NCBI GenBank assembly: GCA_018830295.1
Contig: JAHJSM010000002.1
Coordinates: 14,598-78,597, forward strand
Direction of reading: 5' to 3'
Length of the DNA: 64,000 bases
Source of the DNA: Patescibacteria group bacterium
Lineage (GTDB): Bacteria > Patescibacteriota > Minisyncoccia > Portnoybacterales > UBA2143
Part shown: positions 47,401-56,327 of the stretch, in pieces
Numbering within the stretch: the stretch's first letter is position 1
Layout: each line of letters begins with the position of its first letter
Program-made: the position numbers and the translations under genes
Notes under the pieces: model-generated
The model's input: only the letters and a program-made list of their open reading frames with translations
What the model was told of the DNA's origin: nothing
Databases searched by the model: none

Positions 47401-47606
47401 TTGATTCAGAAATTCCCATTGATATAGAAATTGATGGAGAGATGTGGCATCGTGATATTGATGGGGGGCGATTGCTTTCAGATTTAAAGCGGGACCAACA
47501 TCTTATTATGTACGGCTGGCAAGTTAAGCGGTTTTGGGTGTATCAGCTCCAAAATGACTTAGAACAATGCGTGCAAGAAATAAAGGAAATCATTAAGAAA
47601 AAATGA
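44409..47606 (+). CDS. SF1 (Upf1/DNA2-like) helicase fused to C-terminal DUF559/Vsr-like endonuclease domain; unknown about 300-aa N-terminal domain
   Basis: Walker A TGPPGTGKSQ, motif II VVIDEASQ, AAA_12-like C-lobe (FSPVVSR...GSTVNLFNVAITRARAELHIVGD); C-terminal ...YPLHQYRLDLAIVDSEIPIDIEIDGEMWH resembles the DUF559 (PD-(D/E)xK) fold. Confidence 0.7.
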   Translation: MATYYQNRYRYRGGYNKRASANIRTKENKAPIVHTDPTSSRWQNLLKYYGACISVENSGEITLFSFKEGTEFLQVPVMDKEWVASGKERLEFEGQNEKIQTLINGPRWSRSPLSFFYGFPCHIKHIEQSRRGWSGQIIQPILIFGVDLIRTETGYAFVLQSDRPRINSAFLTDKSLLTSVEERKQVAEAVLGAWDEEKSREQNLKTILSAFAELLPQEVLFSKDILRDKTTELKAENSILPLGIIFRSVDSKYTYGLEQELSELRGVATPNDVWRVILDRNTEDGKNNKNDEFLEITGLNDEQRGAVKSAFNNIVSVITGPPGTGKSQIVLNIIANALLHNESVLFGSKNHKAVDVVIERLLRLQSEPVILKYGQKEREVEFAEALLSAIERASSYDSQILEREIGEYKKKLELIREEEEEAKKSLFRILDRRNRISHLDAVLELIKTELPSPISKNLKQYKKIERNYNFNRLLGLLGRLIKEIDGDLSFVSRILSFFGLTIEKRVLKASKSLLIVMPIQGISFPIKSEHNCREILTVARLLKRWMDNQSELLSVVRENENEQRIEILRERITKSKERAIDVSIRYVDALMKRRLKSLGSKERRDIADYVSIVRRLEGDVIGGDFAKRLYNERKRMFKSVVRAFPAMAVTNLSVRHALPLSADVVDIVVIDEASQCDIASALPLLYRAKRAVIIGDPNQLTHISLLHRADDQQLQQQMGLTSTDDQRFLYSINSLFELARSTVGTGAKFTHLLEHYRSRAEIIGFSNKRFYGNRLSVWTDYRRLRGTGHPDAVVWHDVVGEVIRPSVGSAYNLDEAKEIVVLIEEIIKRIAAHGDDYSVSLGVVTPFREQANKIRDLIGQKIDAAQLRKLDFIVETAHKYQGDEKDIMIFSPVVSRKIQKRSLGFLGSTVNLFNVAITRARAELHIVGDRVACAQSGILHLSKFVQYVDELEPENKDQKGGKFESPWEEVLYDALARKGIKTIPQYPLHQYRLDLAIVDSEIPIDIEIDGEMWHRDIDGGRLLSDLKRDQHLIMYGWQVKRFWVYQLQNDLEQCVQEIKEIIKKK

Positions 47607-47755
47607 AAAATAAGGCAGGAAATCAGTCAAACCTGAAGTCGAGCTGATAGGCTTTTAGAAACAGCTAATGATCAAATCGAGAAAATATTAAATTAGGGAA
47701 TTACTTTGGTTTATTTTACTATGAATAATATGCAAGAATCAGTCGCGTTGTTTGC

Positions 47756-47785
47756 TATTGACTTTTTTATCTAATATGATATTAT
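47756..47785 (+). promoter_or_regulatory. sigma-70-like promoter TTGACA-18-TATTAT, about 230 nt upstream of the subtilase gene (long structured 5' leader)
   Basis: consensus -35 and near-consensus -10; leader contains an 11-bp hairpin CATCTACATA...TATGTAGATG (47865-47910) and a GC hairpin plus T-tract near 47925-47965. Confidence 0.4.
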
Positions 47786-48016
47786 ACCGATAGAGAAAGT
47801 GAGTAACAATTTGATAACCTAACCTTTGAGCTTTTCGCTTGGAGTATGGTTTAAATCCATCTACATAAAAACGGTCTTCTGGCCGGCACTATGTAGATGG
47901 TCTTTGTCCGAAAGGGCATTGGGTGATCTGAAAGGATTGCCGCCGACGGAAGGCCTTTTTTGTTGGCAAAATTTATTGGGGGAAATCAATTTAAATAATT
48001 TAATAATCAAAAAAAT

Positions 48017-51000
48017 ATGAACAAAAAAACAATAAAAAAATACATGGCGGGGTTTATGGTGATAGCGTTTCTTACGGGAACGCTGGCGCCAATGTCGTTG
48101 GTTTTTGCGGCGGATGAAAAAATAACAAAAGGTGAATTAGAATTAAAAAAATTAACAACTGGGAAGTTAATAAATTTTGATGGCGAGGAAAAAGTAGAAA
48201 CCTTTAGCGCGAATGAGAATTTAAAAAAGTCGGCGGATGTAAAACAATCGCAAAAACAAAATTATGTAGAGGGCGAGGTTTTAGTGAAATTTAAGGAACA
48301 GAAAATAAATTTAGAGCAGTTGTCTGGCAGAATGAAATCCGCGTGGTTTGCCACTGGAAAAAATTTAGATAAAAAAGAAGATATTAGAAAAAGTAATATC
48401 TCTGTTTTCAAAACAAAAAGTGATGAGTCGGCGGAGGCAATGGTTGAGAGATTAAAGAATGATTCGAATGTAGAATATGCTGAACCGAATTATATACGAC
48501 AATGGACATCAATAACTCCAAATGATACTGATTTCAGTAAACTATGGGGATTACATAACACAACCAATGATGCTGATATTGATGCTCCAGAGGCATGGGA
48601 TATTTTTACAGGATCTAATTCTGTTGTTGTGGCGGTTTTAGATTCCGGCATTGCTTATAATCATCCTGATTTGATAAATAATATGTGGAATGGGAACACT
48701 AACCATGGTTGGGATTTTTTTAATGATGATGATAATCCACTTGATGATAATGGTCATGGAACTCATGTGGCTGGAACTATTGGAGCTGAAGGCAATAATG
48801 GTATTGGCATAACTGGAGTTAATTGGGATGTAAAATTAATGGCATTAAAAGTGGGAAGTTATGATGGTAATGTTGGTGATATCGTAGAAGCAATTGATTT
48901 TGCTATAAATAATGGTGTTAAAATAATCAATGCAAGTTTTAGCGGTTCCGAAAATTCACAAGCAGAATATGATGCAATAGACCGTTTTAGACAAGCTGGC
49001 GGAATTTTCATCGCGGCGGCTGGGAATGGTGGCGCTGATCAAATTGGTGATAATAACGATTCAAGTCCACAATATCCAGCTGACTATGCTTTGGATAATA
49101 TTATTTCCGTTGCTGCTACAGATCAAAATGATAATTTAACTGAATGGTCTAACTATGGTGTTGCTGCTGTTGATGTTGGAGCTCCTGGGGTGAATATTTA
49201 TAGTATGGTTGCGGACACCAATGTTTTTTCTGAAAATTTTGAAGATGATATTTATAAAGTTGGGCATGGCGGTACGGATAGTCATTGGATAATAGGTTAT
49301 GATGGATTTTCTAAAGTTGCTTATTCTGATAGTTCTTATCCTTATTCGCCAGACGCATATACTTGGTTAATGCAAAAAGAAGATTTAGATCTTTCGGACA
49401 GTTCTATTGTTGGAGCTACATTAGGTTTTACTATATGGTGCGATACTCCGATTAGTGCAACTTTTGATGATTATATATATACTTCTTATCGTTCGGGCGG
49501 AAGTTGGTATTATTCAACAAAATATGATGAACTACAAATTAATTTAGATGGAGGTAGTAGTTGGATAGACAATGGTCATACGGGTTATTATAAAAGATAT
49601 ACTGAAAATATTTCAGATTACCTTACAAATGATTTTAATTTTAGTTTTGATTGGATTACGGATTCTTCTATCGATTATAACTATGGATGTACAATTGATG
49701 ATATTGTAATCACAAAATACACCGATGGTTCAGATGAAAATTATGATTATGCCGACGGCACTTCAATGGCCGCTCCTCATGTTACAGGACTGGCGGCTTT
49801 GATTTGGGGATATAAATCGGAGCTTTCTTATGCTGAAGTTAAAAATGTTATTTTGACTACTGGGGATAATTTATCTTCTCTTGCTAACAAAACCGTAACC
49901 GGAAAAAGAATTAATGCTTTTAACGCTCTCAATTCTTTGATAGATTTAACTGCTCCAGAATTAAGTGAAGTAAATCCAGTGCCAACGCTGACCAATGATA
50001 ATGCTCCTGATTATACATTCAGTTCAACCGAAGCGGGAACAATCAATTATAGCGGCGGATGCGTTAGTGATACCACCGATGCGGCTGAAGGCGATAACGC
50101 AATAACCTTTAATGAGTTAGATGATGGAGTTTATGGTGGATGCGCGATTACAGTAACTGATGCCAACAATAACGAAAGCGCGCCTTTGGCTATAACTACA
50201 TTTACCATAGACACAACCTCGCCAGTAATTACTTTATCTGGTATTAATCCAGTTGAACTTCTTTTAGATGAGGATTACACAGAATATGGCGCTACTGCCG
50301 AAGACAATATTGATGGAGATATTTCAGGGGAAATAGAAATTGACGATAGTTCAATTGATACATCCACAACAGGAACTTATGAAGTAACTTACAATGTTTC
50401 AGATGCGGCAGGGAATGAGGCAGATGAAGTAATAAGAACTGTTAATGTTGGCGAGATTCCCAACACTCCGCCAGTAATGGAATCAATAACTTTAGAGCCA
50501 AATCCCGCATATACAAATACTGACATTACCGCAACGGCAGTTGCTTCTGATGGTAATGGCGATATAGTTACTTTTTCTTACCAATGGGAAAAGAATGGCG
50601 AGAATATGGGAGATGACAGCGATACATTGCTAAGCGATAATTTTGTCAAAGGCGATACAATAAAAGTTGAAGTTATTCCGAATGATGGAACTATTGATGG
50701 CGACTCAATGGAATCAGACCCGATAACAATTTCAAACTCAATTCCAACTCAACCAACGGTTTCTATTTCGCCGAATCCAGCTTATGCGAATAATGACTTA
50801 ACTTGTACTCCAAATGGCTCAACTGACGCTGATAGTGATGGATTTAACTATGTATATCAATGGTATAAAGATGATGTTATTCAAGAAGGTTATACTTCAA
50901 ACACAGTGCTTGCATCGCAAATTGCCGCAGGCGATGTTTGGAAATGCTCGGTTGTCGCGGATGACGGCGAGGCGCAAAGCGTTACTGGCGAAGATTCCGT

Positions 51001-53836
51001 TACCATATTGGAAGTTCCGGACACAACCCCGCCAATCATCACTTTGATTGGAGAAAACACAGTAACTTTGGAAGTCGGCGCGGAATACAATGACGCTGGC
51101 GCCACCGCGACTGATAATGTTGACGGTGATGTTAGCGTATCCATTATCGCTGGCGGAGATACGGTTGATGCGGACACACTGGGAACTTACACCATAACCT
51201 ATAATGTTTCGGATAGCGCTGGTAATCCTGCCACAGAAGTAACCCGAACTGTAAATGTAGTTGACACCACCGCACCAGTAATTACTCTACTCGGCGACAA
51301 CCCAGTTAATCTTGAAGTTGGCGCGATTTATAACGACGCTGGGGCAACAGCCAGTGATAACTATGACGGAAACATTACCGCCAACATAATTACTGTAAAT
51401 CCTGTTAATTCAAGCATAATCGGCGCGTACACTGTGACTTATAATATTACCGACTCTTCTGGCAATACAGCCGATGAAGTCAACAGAACGGTCAATGTAG
51501 TTGATACTACTGTACCGATTATCACATTACTCGGAGAAAATCCTTTCACAATAGCGGTTAATTCGACTTACGAAGATGCCGGTGCCACTGCTCTTGATAA
51601 CTATGATGGCGATCTAACCGCAAATATTGTAACGGTTAATTCTGTGGATATTAATAATGTTGGTGCCTATCAAGTCACCTACAATGTCACTGATGTCGCA
51701 GGTAATTCCGCCGTTGAAGTCGCAAGAACTGTTAATGTGGTGGATGTTTCAACTCCAATTATTACCTTACTCGGCGACAACCCGACAACTGTTGAGTTTG
51801 GCACTGAATATGAAGACGCTGGCGCCACTGCCGCGGACGATGTTGACGGCGATATTACTGATAGTATTGTGGCCGTAAATAATGTTGATACAAGTATTTT
51901 GGGTTCGTATTCTGTAACCTATAATGTTATTGATTCCTCGAGCAATCAAGCGCCCGAAGTCGTGAGAACTGTAAATGTAGTAGATACTGTAGTTCCTGTT
52001 ATGACTTTAATTGGGGATGATGCCGTTGATGTTGAAGTTGGCTATGAATATAATGATAAAGGAGCCACTGCTTCCGATAATTACGACGGAGATATTACGG
52101 ATAGTATAGCGACAGTAAACAATGTTGATACAAATACAGTTGGAACATATTCAGTCACTTATAATGTTTCTGATTCTTCAGGAAACGCTGCTACTGAAGT
52201 AATTAGAACGGTAATAGTCGGACCCGATTTAACTTCTCCTGTAATTACTTTAAATGGAGGAGACATGAATATTTATGATGGATCAACATATATTGACTCA
52301 GGAGCCACTGCTTCTGATAATATTGATGGAGATATTACTGGCAGTATAGTGATAGTAGATAATGTTGACGCAAATACAGTTGGAACATATTCAGTCACTT
52401 ATAATGTTTCCGACATAGCTGGCAATTCAGCTGACGAAGTAGTCAGGATAATAACCGTTTTGCCCGTAGAAGAAGAGCAAGTAATGATTGCTGCCGATAT
52501 GGATATAAGTTCAAGTTTTCAAGAAATTTTAATTGGCAGTAACGCTCCTGCAACTTCCAATATTAATGTTCCATCCGACGCCACAAACGCAAAATTAAAT
52601 GTTTCAGCTTTAATGAGTGGCACTGATGTTACCTTACCGACTGGTCTTACTATTAATTCAGAAACAAGTATTGGTGAAGTAAATGTTCAAATTCCGCAAA
52701 GCACTTTGATTTCTGGCGAAGCTGGCTGGACAGGCGAAATTAATTTGCCGCAAGTTCAGGAAAATTCCAGCGTAAGCGCTACTCCTGATTCCGGCAATAC
52801 CGCGACAGTATCATCGGTTATAGAAATAGGTTTTGGCGATACTTTATTGAATTTTGATAAAGCCGTGAGGATAAAAATAACTGGTCAAGCGGGTAAATAT
52901 GTTGGATATTCGCGCAATGGTGTTTTTACTCCGATTACAAATGTTTGCAGCGCTGACTCGCAAGTCGTTGGCGATGCTTTGGCGGAAGGGAGTGAATGTA
53001 AAATAAATGTTGGTTCGGATTTAGTGATTTGGACTAAACACTTTACTAAGTTTGCTACTTATACGCAGACTGCTATACCTGGTAGTGGCGGAGGCGGTGG
53101 AGGTGGAGGTGGAGGTGGAGGCGTTTCAGTTATCACACCAACTAATTATTCAGTTAAAATAAATAGTAATGCGACTTCTACTGATAATCGGAATGTGAGA
53201 TTAACTTTAGCGGCAACTAATGCTGTATCAATGGCAGTTTCCAATGAGCCAACCTTTACGGGTATTAGTTTTGAAACTTATGCCACAACTAAAGACTGGA
53301 CATTAAGTGAAGGCGTGGGACAAAAAACCGTTTATGTTCGTTTCCGAAGTTCAAGCGGTGTAACGGTGAATACTTCTGTATCTATAAATTTGACTGCTTC
53401 TGTCTTGATGCCTTTAACGCCATCTATTGCAAGCAGCGCGTCGCAAGGTCAAGTTTTGGGTGAGCAAAAATTCGCCGAAGGAGCTTTAATTCGAGCCATT
53501 GGCGATATTGATGTCTATATTGTTAAATACATAAGCGAAAAACAATTCAAGAGATTGATTTTAAGCCCATCTGTCTTTAATAGTTATCAGCATTTAGAAT
53601 GGAGCGACATACTTGATATAGAAAAGAGCGTGGTTGATTCTTTCGCCACTTCCGAATTAGTAAGAGCCGTTAATGATGATAAGGTATATAAATTATATCC
53701 GAATGGAGATATAGGTGAGAAATGTTGGATTGAAACTAGCGAGGTGTTTATTGAGAATGGTTTTGACTGGGATGCTGTTTATGAAATTAATGCGTTTGAT
53801 AGAGATTCTTATATCACAGGACAAAATATAAAATAA
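48017..53836 (+). CDS. giant secreted subtilisin-like serine protease (peptidase S8) with I9 propeptide, about 8 tandem Ig-like (DUF5011/HYR-like) domains, poly-Gly linker and C-terminal domain
   Basis: signal peptide; catalytic triad contexts VVAVLDSGIAYNHPD (Asp), DDNGHGTHVAGTIGA (His), GTSMAAPHVTGLAALI (Ser); repeated about 80-aa units P(V/I)ITL.G(D/E)N...E.G..Y.D.GATA.D..DGD(I/L)T...; GSGGGGGGGGGGGGV. Confidence 0.8.
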   Translation: MNKKTIKKYMAGFMVIAFLTGTLAPMSLVFAADEKITKGELELKKLTTGKLINFDGEEKVETFSANENLKKSADVKQSQKQNYVEGEVLVKFKEQKINLEQLSGRMKSAWFATGKNLDKKEDIRKSNISVFKTKSDESAEAMVERLKNDSNVEYAEPNYIRQWTSITPNDTDFSKLWGLHNTTNDADIDAPEAWDIFTGSNSVVVAVLDSGIAYNHPDLINNMWNGNTNHGWDFFNDDDNPLDDNGHGTHVAGTIGAEGNNGIGITGVNWDVKLMALKVGSYDGNVGDIVEAIDFAINNGVKIINASFSGSENSQAEYDAIDRFRQAGGIFIAAAGNGGADQIGDNNDSSPQYPADYALDNIISVAATDQNDNLTEWSNYGVAAVDVGAPGVNIYSMVADTNVFSENFEDDIYKVGHGGTDSHWIIGYDGFSKVAYSDSSYPYSPDAYTWLMQKEDLDLSDSSIVGATLGFTIWCDTPISATFDDYIYTSYRSGGSWYYSTKYDELQINLDGGSSWIDNGHTGYYKRYTENISDYLTNDFNFSFDWITDSSIDYNYGCTIDDIVITKYTDGSDENYDYADGTSMAAPHVTGLAALIWGYKSELSYAEVKNVILTTGDNLSSLANKTVTGKRINAFNALNSLIDLTAPELSEVNPVPTLTNDNAPDYTFSSTEAGTINYSGGCVSDTTDAAEGDNAITFNELDDGVYGGCAITVTDANNNESAPLAITTFTIDTTSPVITLSGINPVELLLDEDYTEYGATAEDNIDGDISGEIEIDDSSIDTSTTGTYEVTYNVSDAAGNEADEVIRTVNVGEIPNTPPVMESITLEPNPAYTNTDITATAVASDGNGDIVTFSYQWEKNGENMGDDSDTLLSDNFVKGDTIKVEVIPNDGTIDGDSMESDPITISNSIPTQPTVSISPNPAYANNDLTCTPNGSTDADSDGFNYVYQWYKDDVIQEGYTSNTVLASQIAAGDVWKCSVVADDGEAQSVTGEDSVTILEVPDTTPPIITLIGENTVTLEVGAEYNDAGATATDNVDGDVSVSIIAGGDTVDADTLGTYTITYNVSDSAGNPATEVTRTVNVVDTTAPVITLLGDNPVNLEVGAIYNDAGATASDNYDGNITANIITVNPVNSSIIGAYTVTYNITDSSGNTADEVNRTVNVVDTTVPIITLLGENPFTIAVNSTYEDAGATALDNYDGDLTANIVTVNSVDINNVGAYQVTYNVTDVAGNSAVEVARTVNVVDVSTPIITLLGDNPTTVEFGTEYEDAGATAADDVDGDITDSIVAVNNVDTSILGSYSVTYNVIDSSSNQAPEVVRTVNVVDTVVPVMTLIGDDAVDVEVGYEYNDKGATASDNYDGDITDSIATVNNVDTNTVGTYSVTYNVSDSSGNAATEVIRTVIVGPDLTSPVITLNGGDMNIYDGSTYIDSGATASDNIDGDITGSIVIVDNVDANTVGTYSVTYNVSDIAGNSADEVVRIITVLPVEEEQVMIAADMDISSSFQEILIGSNAPATSNINVPSDATNAKLNVSALMSGTDVTLPTGLTINSETSIGEVNVQIPQSTLISGEAGWTGEINLPQVQENSSVSATPDSGNTATVSSVIEIGFGDTLLNFDKAVRIKITGQAGKYVGYSRNGVFTPITNVCSADSQVVGDALAEGSECKINVGSDLVIWTKHFTKFATYTQTAIPGSGGGGGGGGGGGGVSVITPTNYSVKINSNATSTDNRNVRLTLAATNAVSMAVSNEPTFTGISFETYATTKDWTLSEGVGQKTVYVRFRSSSGVTVNTSVSINLTASVLMPLTPSIASSASQGQVLGEQKFAEGALIRAIGDIDVYIVKYISEKQFKRLILSPSVFNSYQHLEWSDILDIEKSVVDSFATSELVRAVNDDKVYKLYPNGDIGEKCWIETSEVFIENGFDWDAVYEINAFDRDSYITGQNIK
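51020..52460 (+). repeat. tandem about 240-bp (about 80 aa) repeats encoding Ig-like domains within the subtilase gene
   Basis: units starting near 51020, 51260, 51500, 51740, 51980, 52220 (and diverged copies at 50210 and 50990) all begin TT(A/P)P(V/I)ITL(L/I)G(D/E)N. Confidence 0.7.
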
Positions 53837-53855
53837 TGAATTGTTAGAAATATTA

Positions 53856-53888
53856 AAAGACTTGCTCTTACCGCAAGTCTTTTTTTTG
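53856..53888 (+). terminator. intrinsic terminator AAGACTTGC...GCAAGTCTT plus T8
   Basis: 9-bp stem followed by TTTTTTTT right after the subtilase stop. Confidence 0.7.
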
Positions 53889-53911
53889 TGCTATAATACT
53901 AACAGGGTATT

Positions 53912-54880
53912 ATGATAAAGAATTTTAAGAAATATTTTATTCCGAACAAGGGCAATAGTCACAAGCCGCGCATTTTGAGGTGGAAGGTGGCGTTAGTAAT
54001 ATTGAGTTTTATTTTGTTCGTTGAAGTTTGTTTTTTAGTTCAGGTTCTTTGGTTTATCCCGCAAGGCAATTTTTTTGCTTCAGTCGCGCCTATGGCTATT
54101 GAAGGATTTACTAATCAAAACCGTCTAAGTAATAATTTAGAGTCGCTTAAAACTAATTCTTTATTGGAAAAAGCTGCCCAACTTAAGGCAGAAGATATGG
54201 CTACCAAGGGCTATTTTGCTCATACTAGCCCCGAAGAAGGTCTGACGCCTTGGTATTGGTTGGATAAGGTTGGTTATGAATATGTTTTGGCTGGTGAAAA
54301 TTTAGCGATTAATTTCGTGGATTCTCAAGATGCCATTAATGCATGGATGAATTCGCCAACCCACAAGGCTAATATTTTAAATAATAATTTTGTTGAGATT
54401 GGCGTTGGCGCGGCCAAAGAGATATATGAAGGCAAGGAGACAATTTTTATTGTTCAGCTTTTCGGTCGCCCGGTAACAATGACTGCTCAATCAGTTGCTG
54501 TCGCGCAAGAAAAAAAACAGTCAGTTCCGCCTACCGTAGAGATCTCCAATGAATCGATTGTCGGAGATTCAACTGCTGTCAAAGGAGAAGTAAAAAATTC
54601 TATTATGCCCGATGATTCAGGTTTTGTCGGGTTAGTAGTTAGAGAGAATTTGTCGCCGAGTATCGTTAGTCGATTTTTATCAACGCCTCGCGCTATTAGT
54701 AATTATTTCTATTTTGTTTTGTTCACTATTTTGGCGTTGGCTTTGTTATTGAGTATTTTCATTAAAATTAAAATTCAGCACCCGGCGTTAATTGTTAATG
54801 GCGTTGTTCTGCTTATTGTGATTTCGGCGATAATCTGGATAAATCAATATATTGTTTTTGCGCAGGCGAAGATAATTTAG
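53912..54880 (+). CDS. membrane-anchored CAP (SCP/PR-1-like) domain protein
   Basis: N-terminal TM; GYFAHTSPEEGLTPWYWL...AGENLA...AINAWMNSPTHKANIL CAP signature; C-terminal TM segments. Confidence 0.65.
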   Translation: MIKNFKKYFIPNKGNSHKPRILRWKVALVILSFILFVEVCFLVQVLWFIPQGNFFASVAPMAIEGFTNQNRLSNNLESLKTNSLLEKAAQLKAEDMATKGYFAHTSPEEGLTPWYWLDKVGYEYVLAGENLAINFVDSQDAINAWMNSPTHKANILNNNFVEIGVGAAKEIYEGKETIFIVQLFGRPVTMTAQSVAVAQEKKQSVPPTVEISNESIVGDSTAVKGEVKNSIMPDDSGFVGLVVRENLSPSIVSRFLSTPRAISNYFYFVLFTILALALLLSIFIKIKIQHPALIVNGVVLLIVISAIIWINQYIVFAQAKII

Positions 54881-55431
54881 GGATTATATGGGATTGACTA
54901 AGATAATAATTAAGTGGTAAAATTATAGCATAGATGAGGCGTAGCCTCCCTCCTTTGTTTTTTGTCATTCATGATTTCGATTACTCTCGCACAAGTAGCG
55001 GTATTAGCAGAGCCGCAAAAAACGGCGAGAAGGAAGTAGTCGAGCCTTCTTTACTAAGCACTCTTGCCGAGGTAAAGCAAGATAAAAATTATGAGTTGCA
55101 AAAACGACGCGCCAGGCATGAAGGGCTGTCGATCTCGCAACAAAGATGGTCAATTGCGTGATAAGCGCGATGATACCCATGTGGGGACTATCGAGAAGCG
55201 ATACGACAGAAACCTTAATGCCAGGTCTGATATGCATCTTGGGACTTATCTTAAGAAGCATAAAATAAAATCCCTCAACGATCTGATTACAGGTCAATAA
55301 GGGATTTTAGGGTAAGGATGGGGCTATCGCCTCATCTTTTCATATTATATAATATAAACCGAATATTTAGTAATTAGATTATCCACAACCACAAACAAGT
55401 TTAGTATTGCCAGCTGGCAAAAGAGAATTTG

Positions 55432-56263
55432 TCAAAATACCAAGTTCTAACTTCTCTTCAGAGGATCAAGTGTTTCATCCGCGGAGCAAATGTCTAAGAA
55501 CGGTCTAAAAGGAGAATAGTTTATAAAAAACTATGAATAATCAAACACCAAACAGCAGAAAACAAAAACCACCTTTTTATAAGTCATGGTGGATGAAGTC
55601 TTTTGTTTATCCTGTCTTGTTGACCAGCATTGTTGGCAGTTATCTAATCTACGAGAGCATCAATAGTCGTAATGAGCAATTTATTGACGGAAATGAGAAT
55701 ATACAAGTAGAAAAAAGCCAATCTATGCAAGGCGATGGGAATATTCAAGCCGAGGGCGATAGTGCGATAATCCAAAACAGTGAAGTAACAATAAATATAA
55801 ACAGAGCCGAATTGCCAGAGGGTTTATTGAACCAAGATTGGAAACTGGATAAAACTGAACGAGAATTCTTTGAAACAATAAAATCTATTTTTAACTGTCG
55901 TCTTGATAATGGCATTGTTTGTGCTATGAATTTTTTGCCGGTTTATGATCAAACAGGAGAAAGAACTCTGAAAAATACAAAAGTAGTTTTAATAATCAAG
56001 GAAAAAAACTACGAACTTTTTTTGAGCAAACTAGACGGTGAACCAAGAATTGTAGGTCAGTGTAATTGCGACTTTTCTGAATGTTTTATTTCTCCCTATT
56101 ATCTCTTAAAAAATAACCAAGATAAGCAAATAGAAAACTGTATTGTGATAAAATATAATTAAGGGAAAAGGGGGTTAGAAGAATTTTTTGTCCTAACAAA
56201 TGGGTTCCAACCCTGTCCGACCAATGGAAGGGGATTTCTCAAAATACCAGGTTCTAACTTTGT
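55432..56263. repeat. 22-26-nt direct repeat TCAAAATACCARGTTCTAACTT flanking ORF 55533-56162 (copies 55432-55457 and 56238-56263)
   Basis: 22/24 identities between the two copies, one 75 nt upstream of the ORF start and one 76 nt after its stop. Confidence 0.5.
55533..56162 (+). CDS. hypothetical membrane-anchored protein
   Basis: N-terminal TM; no recognisable domain. Confidence 0.3.
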   Translation: MNNQTPNSRKQKPPFYKSWWMKSFVYPVLLTSIVGSYLIYESINSRNEQFIDGNENIQVEKSQSMQGDGNIQAEGDSAIIQNSEVTININRAELPEGLLNQDWKLDKTEREFFETIKSIFNCRLDNGIVCAMNFLPVYDQTGERTLKNTKVVLIIKEKNYELFLSKLDGEPRIVGQCNCDFSECFISPYYLLKNNQDKQIENCIVIKYN

Positions 56264-56282
56264 CCCACCCTCGCTGCCATAT

Positions 56283-56310
56283 CAAAAAAGCCGCTCAAGA
56301 GCGGCTTTTT
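56283..56310. terminator. bidirectional intrinsic terminator AAAAAAGCCGCTCAAGAGCGGCTTTTTT
   Basis: 8-bp GC stem flanked by A-tract and T-tract, between convergent genes. Confidence 0.7.
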
Positions 56311-56327
56311 TGTATCTTACAAAGAGT

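Larger units (their letters stand above)
34494..47606. mobile_element. integrated mobile element/genomic island inserted at tRNA-Trp; minimum extent, right boundary undefined (may extend to about 56.3 kb)
   Basis: large serine recombinase abutting and overlapping the tRNA 3' half; second (tyrosine) recombinase, RadC, MerR-like HTH, membrane proteins, candidate R-M pair and helicase-nuclease; housekeeping genes resume at about 56.3 kb. Confidence 0.5.

Noticed and set aside
54934-55300. Small ORFs (75, 69, 97 aa) in the 54.9-55.5 kb gap
   Set aside because: Mutually overlapping on both strands with no motifs; region may be a decayed gene or UTR.
56205-56235. GGGTTCCAACCCTGTCCGACCA resembling a tRNA T-arm/acceptor/CCA 3' fragment (possible attR remnant)
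   Set aside because: Does not fold into a proper T-arm and does not match tRNA-Trp or any other tRNA in the window.
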